From Tubiluchus corallicola (lineage: Eukaryota; Animalia; Priapulida): DNA of 64,000 nucleotides. The stretch spans positions 930,001-994,000 of the forward strand of contig JAQGDQ010000003.1 in NCBI GenBank assembly GCA_030141605.1. Reading direction: 5' to 3'. This document shows, in pieces, positions 54,401 to 64,000 of the stretch (position 1 is its first letter; each line of letters opens with the position of its first letter). Position numbers and translations under genes: made by a program. The notes beneath the pieces were generated by a model. That model saw only the letters and a list, made by a program, of their open reading frames with translations, searched no databases and was not told the DNA's origin.

Positions 54401-54824
54401 CCGTGCATGACTGTAAACTGCTTCGCTGTGTATACTATCTAAATATAGTAATTATTTGTCGTAATAACATTTTTCATACTTATTCGTAGTGAAATTACTG
54501 TTACGCAGATATCGTATGTGTACAGAATATAATAATGACAACGCTATAAAGCGACATCCTGTGTATTTTGAATATTCGTCACCCTGAACTCTAAATAGAA
54601 TAATTACAGCGTATATAAAGCACTCTTATTATTTCATCACATTTTGTCTAATTACAGGTGTTCATCGCATTGTTACCTTAGTATATGAGCAACCAGAAGG
54701 CAGGATCGTGTCGACAAAGACCATTTCAAATCGAAAAGATTTTGATATAAAAGCGTTTATTACTGACAGCACTAATGCTACTGATTTACTGCCACATGCA
54801 TGTAATGTGTTTGGCTTGCCGTAA
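48406..54824 (+). CDS. PEBP: Divergent PEBP-family protein (PEBP copy 2); first exon uncertain
   Basis: Exons 48573-48722, 51334-51405, 51611-51680, 53202-53357, 54658-54824, with the same intron phases as copy 1 (0,0,1,1) and the same 70-nt exon; motifs EREILPD, APRISFSADPQKKYTLAVLDVDP, TVNIPGSNVEQGLTLMEY, GVHRIVTLVYEQP, RKDFDIKAF, ACNVF. A tentative in-frame first exon is 48406-48465. Confidence 0.82.
52713..52911. mobile_element. hAT-type MITE
   Basis: Perfect 16-bp TIRs cagggccggatttacc / ggtaaatccggccctg; TSD not preserved. Confidence 0.8.
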
Positions 54825-56688
54825 ATTTCTTGTTGCAAGCAACAGTCTACAGTTTGCAGCATTTTGGCCCATAGAGCAATAATTTTGATTAATAATGAAA
54901 ACTGATAAATTTTATGCAGCTAAGTAGCGCAATCAAATGTAAACGAGGGCTGTAATAATGTTAAGTTAACATATAAATGATATAGGTTTGCTACAGTGTT
55001 TAGTTACTACATTTTTTCAAAATCATCTAACAATTACATTATATGTACAATTATATGTACTGTATTTTGTTTATAACTGTATTTTTAGGATTTAATGATT
55101 AAAAATTTAGCGCTATTATAATTTCTTATTATACGATTTGCAGTATAAGACCACGCCTCTCAGCTTTGCATTCAAAACTATTTTTAAAAAAATAGTGATT
55201 TTATTGAAATCTTATCAGGGTGATGTTGATTTAAATAAATTATGTATATTATATACAATATCACACTGTTTTACTGTCAGGTGAAAAAACAGTAACCAGC
55301 ACTAAACACAATTTAGTTAATTATAATTTATAAATACGCAAAGAATGTACAGTACAGAAAAAAACAAAAGAAAAAACAAGATATCGTCAATTTTAAGTTC
55401 TGACTTGTTTTTCCAAAATAGAAATTATCATAGAACGAATTAGCTTTGTAACGTATTTTATAAAATCTTTGCACTCCGAATTTTACTGTTTCGCTTCGTT
55501 AGCATTTAAATTAATACATTTAAGGATTTTTTTAAGGAAAACAGGTGATTTTTCATATATTTTAGCGCCTATACTAATGCTATAAGTGTTTCTGATGATT
55601 AAACAATGGGTTAGCAACTTAATGAAAGGACGGCGAGCCCAACTAGTGGTGAGGCTCTAAATGAATATAATTTTCAATAGCATAAACATTCCTCGAGCAT
55701 TTTGTAAGTATTTGCGAAAGTGAAAATTGAAGTACAGTGCTACTGTACAACATTCAGTGTGATTTAAAATATAAGATTTAATGGCATACAAAAACAAAAC
55801 ATAACAATACAGAATAAAACAACATGTGGGGTGGTACACAAAAAAAAACTCGGCAATTTTCAAGTTTAAAAGTTTAATTTCAACGACTATGCTTACGCAT
55901 AAGCTTTCAAACGTGTGCGCTGCACCACAAGATGAGCATATCTAAAGTGAGAGGTACAGAGCTTGTTTTGTTTTGGGATTCCATAATTACAGCTTTTATT
56001 TATAGAAAAATTTAAGCAATTTAACGTTTTTATGTCTTTATGTCAGAATGACATGACATGAGGAACTCAATCAACAAAAAAAAATGCACAAGGAAAAAGA
56101 ATGACGTTGCCATTGACAAGATTGTCTAGCTGCTTCTCTTCAATAAATTTGTTATGATTTTCTAACAGTATTTTCTCATGTGTGCGTTGCTGTCTTGACT
56201 ATTATTTTAAACAGGTTGCGGAAAGAAAGTTTTGTGGAGAGATGGTAACAATTTTTAGGTCTAACTTTAGAGCTCAAATGAATGCTAACAATTTCTAGGT
56301 CTAACTTTAAAGCTCAAATGAATTGATTTGAACTACAAATTAAGGCCAGCAAAGGAATTAAAGTCATAGATACCGGCGTGGGTGCCTAAGTGTGACTGAT
56401 TATTGTGCAGGTTTGAATGTACGGGATGTTCCAGAAAAAAGCAGTAGATATGCTGATATTGGAATGTTGTATAAGAACCATGTAATATTTTCGCAGCCTA
56501 CGGTGCGAAAATTTGAATCGTGCAAATGAATTCTTTTATATCATAAGATTGCCCGTGATGCAGAACTGCTGGTTCATTTTGGGCAAAGTAACAAATGTCA
56601 TTAAAACAACCTGACAGGCTTCCGTAACAATTAGTTTTTCATAGACGTTTATGTCTGTAAATTGACGGTATAAATTTCAAGCAGTTAA

Positions 56689-56873
56689 GAGGTGTTCACC
56701 AGACATCCGGAATGTGTTATGCGTTATTGCGTAAAAATCACTTTATATTGTTTTCACTGGACCGGTTTATCACACATGCGCTCTTTTTCTACATCTATTT
56801 CCCACTGATTTTTTTATACGCAGCTGGATACCCATAACGCATAACGCCTTCCCGGATGTCTTGTAAATGCCGC
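56689..56873. mobile_element. PIF/Harbinger-like MITE
   Basis: Inverted ends gaggtgttcaccagacatccggaa...ttatgcgttat / ataacgcataacg...ccggatgtcttgtaaatgccgc, flanked by TAA/TTA. Confidence 0.6.
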
Positions 56874-57767
56874 TTATCTGTAGTAAAATCTCTCGACGGC
56901 TTATTTCTACTGCATTTTAGGAACATCCTGTAGATAAAAGCATCTAAAAGAGAAATACATCATTCAGTCATCGACTGTTCTTTGAAATTAAAATCTGACG
57001 TGGGATACAGAGAATTAAAGTAACAATAAAAACTTTTCAATAAAAATTTGGAAAGTTTATAAGCACAAGACATCATCCGCGTGTTGAAGTCAAAGTTCAA
57101 GATCGAGCGGTAAGATTTCAGATTCAATGTTTTAGGCCAAAAAGATGCTATTAACTTGGAAGCAAAATTTTTTAGTGCAGAATTCAAAAAGACAAATTAA
57201 GCAATTAAGGGAGATAAGAAAATCTTTGTCACACAAAGCTAATTTTATGGGGAAGGAATTTTAAGTGGGCTACATTAGTGAGAAGTGACTGATCATTAAA
57301 GGAGGCAAGTTTGTCATTGTGATAGAATATTGAGCAGTTTGTTAAGAAACTTAAGAATACGATGCCGATGCGCACTCTGCTGAAAATGATTATTTCAAGT
57401 TTTTGTATACCTGGTTGTATCATTAGATTATTTTTTTTATAAAGTTAAAACATTTTATGAAGGAAAGCAGGTTTGTCCATCGACAATCGACAAATTCACC
57501 ACCTCTGTATTATACATGTATTAGCATGAAGTTAACAAAAGAATTATAAGGCAAACAAATTTGACAGCACCTCCTAATAACAGAATTTGATAATCGGTTA
57601 AAGGTCAACGTCACCAAACATTTATAACTTTAGTTTCATGATTCAAAACTGATGCAGTTTTTCAATAATTCATTGTACCCAAGACTTTTTGCACATAACT
57701 TAGTGGAATTCACGTGTAATTTAATTCACATTTAGTAACAACTGAAACAGTTATATTATCGGGTAGC

Positions 57768-59250
57768 TTAAAAAATTCGAGAGGCATTAGCAACCACAAA
57801 CAGAACTATGGGGATTTTCATGAAGTTTCTTAACGAGGTGGCAGAATATTTATTTGTTTTGTGAGATGATTCCAAAGAATGACCATTAACTAATCGTAAA
57901 GCATAGTTTTGAAGTACATTTAATTTGATGTATGACTCTGTTTTCACTTTTTGGAACAGTATGCAGGCATATAAATAATGAGGCAAAATTAAAGTTTTGT
58001 AAAAATTTGAATGTTTGTTTGTTTTGATAGCTGTCCTCTGGTTTGTCGAAGGCACGAAGTACTTAATGCCATTTTTATATATGTTGATGAACTGCTCTTC
58101 CCATGTAAGCATATTGTCCAACTTAGCGCCTAAAAAATTAACAACTTTTTACTGCACAAAAACAGCATTTTCTATTTGCAAAGATATAGCAGCTAAATTT
58201 TCAGTATTGTTAATTGTTGGGGATAATACCATAAATTCTGTTTTATCACTATTCAGTTCTAGCTTGTAATAATTAAATGCAATGTTGATATTCTTTATGA
58301 CTTTTTCTAAGGACTGTTTTGCAATGCTGATATTCTCGTCAGCCAGATAAATAGTCGTGTCGTCTGCATATTGCGTAATACTTGAATGTTAGAACGTTAG
58401 AAATATTGTTGATATAAAGGTTAAACAGTAGAGGTCCCAACAGTGCGCCCTGCGGGATACCTCGTTGAAAGTCAGCCCAATCTGAGAATGTTGTAGAGTT
58501 TATTTTAACCCGCGGCTTTCCATTTTGTAGGTAATCATTAATTAATTTTAATGCTGATTGTTCAAATCCAAGTTCTTTTAAATTATCTAATAGTAGGGTG
58601 TGATTTAAACTGTCGAAAGCTTTACTTAAATCTAAAAAAGCTGCTGCCACATATTTGTTTTTATCAAGATTATCTCGCCAATTTTCAGTTACGTTTATTA
58701 CAGCATCGACAGTTGAATGTATTTTTCTAAATCCGAATTGATGTTTCGATAAGAGTTCATTTTGATTGACATACGTAATAATTTGATCATAAATTACTCT
58801 TTCCCAAATTTTACTCAGACAATGAACTATTGATATTGGTCTGTAATTTATTGGTTCATCTTTAGCATTCTTTTTGTGGATTGGTGTAATATTAGCTGTT
58901 TTGCATTGATGAGGAAATTTGCCACGCATTATTATTTGGTTAGTGATATAGGTTATATGTGGAGCAATTAAATGCATAGTGTTCTTTAGAATTTTTATTG
59001 GTATGTCAGATGTGCCACTACCTTTGTTGGCATCTAAATTATTTATTATTTTTAAAATATCAGCAAAAGTAACACTGGAAAATGAAAATTGGTTATTTGC
59101 AGGTCCTACAGTTTTTAGTTTGTGTTTTATGGTATCAGTATAATCATTCCGCAAATTAACGTTTTCGAGGTTAACAAACGTCTCATTTAACAAATTTGCA
59201 ATATCTTTGGGTTTCGTTATTGTAGTATTGTTGATTTTAAGTTGATTTCA
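57768..59250 (-). mobile_element. L2/CR1-group LINE ORF2 reverse transcriptase, 5'-truncated and frameshifted
   Basis: NYRPISIV, QFGFRKIHST, AAFLDLSKAFDSLNH, GIPQGALLGPLLFNLYIN; after a frameshift near 58375, QYADDTTIY; then FLGAKLDNMLTW and LQNYALRLV. Confidence 0.93.
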
Positions 59251-61369
59251 TTTTTCAATTCACCCCACAAATCTGATTATGTTGTATGTGTGTTTGCATT
59301 TCTCGTGTATGCGTATTTCTTGGGTATGCGTTTCTCGTGTATCCCGTGTTTTCATTATCTGTATGTGAAGACCTAGCATCTTTCATTATTCGACCGGCGT
59401 TAGAATGGTCCTTGTTATTGCCTGCACAATACGAGGTGGTCAATATAAACGAGCTAGGCCTATTCACAAGTTTAAATAACGTTGCGTAAAATTTGAAATA
59501 ATAATCACATCATTCTGGCGCATTCTTTGCTAACTAATCAAACGTTTAAATTACTTTGTATTGTCAATAAGATCAATAATGTATTTTTTGGTGAATCAGC
59601 AATGCATACTGGGGACAGTGCCGCTTTACCAAGTAAGAATTTTCTTTTCCAATTACATAAGTGTTTCAAACAGGTAATGGCAATGTTTAGTAATATAACT
59701 TTGCATGGAAAGTTTTTTCGAATATATTTTAGAATTCTCTTCTTTTTTCCTTTAAATCCTTAACTGTCCATTTAAACGATGACTTTTTTGTTTCTTATCA
59801 CATTACCTTCTTATAAGCGCTCCAACTTAATAGTCCATACAGTTTACCAGTTATCACGACTCTCTACATCTATATCGTTACAATCTTTAGCTTTGTGTGG
59901 ACCTCTCTTGTAACATAGTACAACCACTTTCGTTTATTTGTACACCACAAACAGCTTACCCCCTTTTTTATATACCAACAGCTCATTTGCTAGAAAGTGC
60001 ACTTTCGAGTTATATGTAGATAACTGTTGTTTTTATTTCCACATTCCAGTGACTTTTTGTATTTCTTGTTCTTTTCTCAGTATTTCGTTTACAGTTCAAA
60101 ATCTAGAAAATGGAACTGATTAATTTTTAGGGGTTTTTGTACGCGTTCTTATACGAATTTGTCTTTTCATGAAGAGAGTAGGCCTGCCACAAGGTGCATA
60201 GAAACGTCTTACTCGTCCTAGAAAGAAAAACTTAATTTGCTACGTTCAAGTCAACTGGCACTCTTAGAAAAGAAGTGGCTACTTTCATGTTCAATAAGCT
60301 GATTTATTCCAAGATCAATAGAACATAGAACATCATACACATATCCACACAGGAGTGGTATTATTTTGTTGGTAAGTCTATTCTACTGCATGTTACGTTA
60401 CAGAGCAGTCGACTCAAGCGTTTAAAGACTAGGTTTTATGTGATTTTCAGTACATCGCCTGTATTTACATACAGGGTTGATTAACTGCAGTTCAGCAGCA
60501 TTAACTGCTTGCTCCTATATACGTGCGTGAAAGTTCTGTCGGAACCGGTTGCATTGAAAATTTACACCTGAATAGGCTCAGGCTTGGATAATTACTCCAT
60601 TATGAGCTCATGACACCGGCTGTAAGCTAGTACTACACGGTCACTACGCGTTTCAGCGTCACCATCGCGTCTACAAAACATTAATAAAATTATAACTGTG
60701 CTTGTCCAGGTAGAGTGTTTCGAAACGTCAGACGCGAGACAGGTAACTATGTATTTTCTATAATAACATTGATAACAATGAAGATAATAATAACAATGTA
60801 AAAACAAATTGCAGATTTGCATTGTAATGCTAAATTAAATCAACTATTTTGCCTTATTGAAAATAAAATGCCAAAGCGCAAGAACACGTAATTTAATAGT
60901 GAATTTAAGAGAAGTGATACAATTGATTGTAAATGTATTTAAACTTTTAATTCAGGGTTTGCAGAAATAGTATAATTGTCTTTAAGTTTTGGATGTGCAA
61001 CGAAATTCGGTCACACTTTACCAACTCAAAGTTCAAAGTTTATCTTCTCATCACTATCTAACTAATCACATATAGGTGAACGGACTAAGAAAGCAGCACA
61101 CAAATTGTTAGTGAAAGATTGTCTTGTAGGGCGGATAACTGATAATTTGAAATGACACGTATATAGGGTTATAGAGAGAGTTAAGAATACAAGGGTGAAT
61201 ACAAGGATACTAGGAATGAGTGGTCAACAAGTGTGCTGAGTCATCTATGTTAAGTAACATCGAGCCACTCAGGAAGTAGATGGGTGACCATCGGGAAAGC
61301 TACTCTCGACTGATTATCTCGTTATGGGAAACTCATATACGCATTCAAACGTGGTATTAAAACGTGGAT

Positions 61370-61690
61370 TGATATGTGCATTTACTGTTCGTCAACCTTG
61401 CAGCCGCTAGCGTGCGCATTCACGGCTGCTTTTGCACTAAACTTCTTATCCCAATTTTTAAGGAAGATGCTCTTAAGTAGGAACTCTTCTCTTTGGCCTC
61501 TAAATACCAGTAGTTTATTTGAACAATCGTTTTCTTACTGCTTCTCATACCCCCTCCCATGTTCCTAGATGTACGCACTTGTAAATAGAGTTTCTTCTGA
61601 CCTCTTCTCGCTGGAATTCTTTACCTGAAACGTATTTCCTTGTCAATTTCAAGACGGACGTCAACACGTATCCCTTTAAGAAGTTTGATT
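61370..61690 (+). mobile_element. Degenerate 3' end of a CR1/Jockey-like LINE
   Basis: Fragments LQPLA and TSSRWNSLPETYFLVNFKTDVNTY resemble the LINE ORF2 terminus LQPL...RTSRLWNSLP...FK..VN. Confidence 0.55.
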
Positions 61691-64000
61691 TTACTCACTG
61701 TGGCCATTATCATAATTGAGTACTGGCCTTGTTTGGGGCGACATGTAAATTATGTTTATAAAAATGCAAGCTATTACACGCTTATACAGCTGTGCGAGTG
61801 TACTGATTCTTAAAGAAAATGAACTAAGACGTGATAAGCGGTTCGATGGTACTATTTTTCACCTTCAATACTTGTTGACATTATATCTATTGTAATTTCC
61901 TGAGCTTACAAACATACACAAACTCACTGTGCTATCAATATACTTCTGCTATGTTGATTTTAATCGATGACGCCCACCCAGTATAATGTTACGTTTTAAA
62001 ACAGGTAAATCAACCAGGTAGATACTTTAACGAGTAATAAAACGTATTATTAACTCTTTGACTACGACAGTGGCGTTTCATAGGGTGCAGCCAATCAAGT
62101 TATTAAGTTGTAATCACAATAATTAAAGCTCTCAACAGTGTAAGAGGTGATAATCATCATTTAGGTCTTTCCTGTACTGATACTGTATTCATGTTTTGAA
62201 ATTGATTATAATTTAATCAGTCTGAATGAAGTAGAAGCTTAAGTGAGCTGTAACCAGTTGACGAGCACCTTAAAGCCTAATAGAAAAGGGTTAACTCTAG
62301 GGTTGCCGTAAATAAGACTGTCAAGAAGTTAGTGAATTAAACCCGTTTTGCACTGTGTGAAAGTTATGAAAGCCAGTTTATTTCTTTGTCACAGCAGGCG
62401 CCGACAGCGTGAAGACATGGAATTTTCGTGGACTGCGTTTCTTATAGTATTTATGGCTCAGGTACGAATTATTGCTATTACATTCTGAAGTTGATACGCA
62501 GGCCTTTATGATATACAGACCAACCATATCAGTCAGGTTTTCTAACTTTTCAAGGAACTCTGCCAAGAAACTCTGTCATAGCAGCTTTTTTTAGAACAGT
62601 TGACCAATTTCAAAATGGCCTCTCAAATATTTTTGTAAGCACGGATATCTTCACAATAATGAACAGATTGGTCAAGTCTGCAATTAGCAGCCGCTAGCAA
62701 AGCTAATTTGTATGCAGTGTGTGGGTATTTTTTCGTGGGAAAACGTGTTCTTGTTGGTTTTCCGAATGCCTTCCATGCGGCTGGTGTTGTTAGGGGCAAA
62801 TACAAGCATTGTAGTGTCATTGGACAAGCATTTTGTACAGCAATTTCTTATCAAAGGCATAGCGAGTGCTCATGGAATTCTATGCCTTCTCAAGCCCATG
62901 GTCACTGGCTGGCGGTTTTGAGGACAATTTTTCTATCAAACAAACAAAATGTGTGGACAAAAAAATGTTAAAAAGTCTTAAAAATAAGCAATTTAAATTT
63001 GGAACCAATACAAGTGCTTTTAGTTCATAGGACCAATTTAGAGCGAATCATTAAAAAGTGATGCTCAGGAACTCAGAACCCTGTGTCCTCGAGACTTAAT
63101 AAAATATTGAGTTCTAATCGTCTACTACTTTCGAAGCGACCTTCCCAAAACATGTTCTAGTCTGATTAAACAGTCTGGTCAAAATTAAAAACTATAACTT
63201 TTTATTTCAAGTTATATCCCGGGAATACCAGAGCTTAAATTTTTATTTAGACTCTTATAAAGTACATACATGAAGTACAGTATAAAAAATTATAAAGTCT
63301 AGGACTCTATGTTGCATCATATATAGCAAAAAATTTTAGCGAATTTTTTTACTGTCTCATTTACTTCGCTATTTCTGTATATGTTTTTAATCTTATTCTG
63401 GTACATTTACCAGATATTTTTTCTCCACGTAAGCTCAGACATAAAGCTAAAACAATACTATTAGCTACACCTTACGAAAGAAATCTACAAAATTTTATCT
63501 TTTGCACACTTGCTATGCAGCCAAAGGCTGCTTTAACTTCTTGAGTTAAAATTAACAAACATGACGCTAGTATTGAAACTTTTCAATAACAGTGAACTTT
63601 TTGGTTTTTTACAAAATGTTGGTTGTAACTAGCGTTGTTATCATAAGTTTTTAACAAAACTAGCTTTGTCTATTTTTCCTCAAATGGACTTTGTTTAGTT
63701 AAGTACAGGATACGATCAATTCAAATGAAAAATACCCAAGAAGGACAATAAAAATACTGTTACTCGTACGTGAGTCGCATAATCTTCACATGTACCATTG
63801 AGGCGTTGTGTATGGTTCTCTTTGGCGTGATTTTAATAATAAAAGTGCCAACAAAAGACGAAAATTTCTGAGTAAAACACAAAATTTGAGTGGCTAGCAT
63901 AGCTTTACCGTTTTAGCCTTTTATTCTAGGAAAAATAATACAGCCAACTACACAATGCTACCACACAAACCTTGAATTGTTACATGCAATTTCAGTAGTT

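Noticed and set aside
62378-62971. Cluster of short overlapping ORFs
   Set aside because: No continuous frame, recognisable motif or consistent splice structure

Overview
AT-rich, intron-rich animal (invertebrate-type) genomic DNA; genes were assembled by hand from splice sites and reading-frame phase. (1) 1.5-23.1 kb (+): Na+/K+-ATPase alpha subunit, 20 coding exons visible (~1013 codons; the N-terminal exon is probably upstream of the window). (2) 26.9-36 kb (-): two adjacent genes that the ORF track misses or fragments. One is a 2-exon, 81-aa signal-peptide-bearing His/Tyr/Gly/Pro-rich peptide. The other is a multi-exon DOMON-domain protein whose last 51 residues are 39/51 identical to that peptide's C-terminus, although many synonymous codons differ. 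This shared, selected tail matches no family I recognise and is the main candidate for novelty. (3) 40.9-54.8 kb (+): two tandem, divergent PEBP-family genes. The first has a signal peptide and a GC-AG intron; the second has lost key pocket residues. (4) Transposon debris: pogo/Tigger derivatives, hAT and Harbinger-like MITEs, L2/CR1 LINE remnants, tRNA-derived SINE heads, microsatellites and a 29-bp hairpin minisatellite. No rRNA, intact tRNA or CRISPR array. The organism cannot be identified from the sequence alone.
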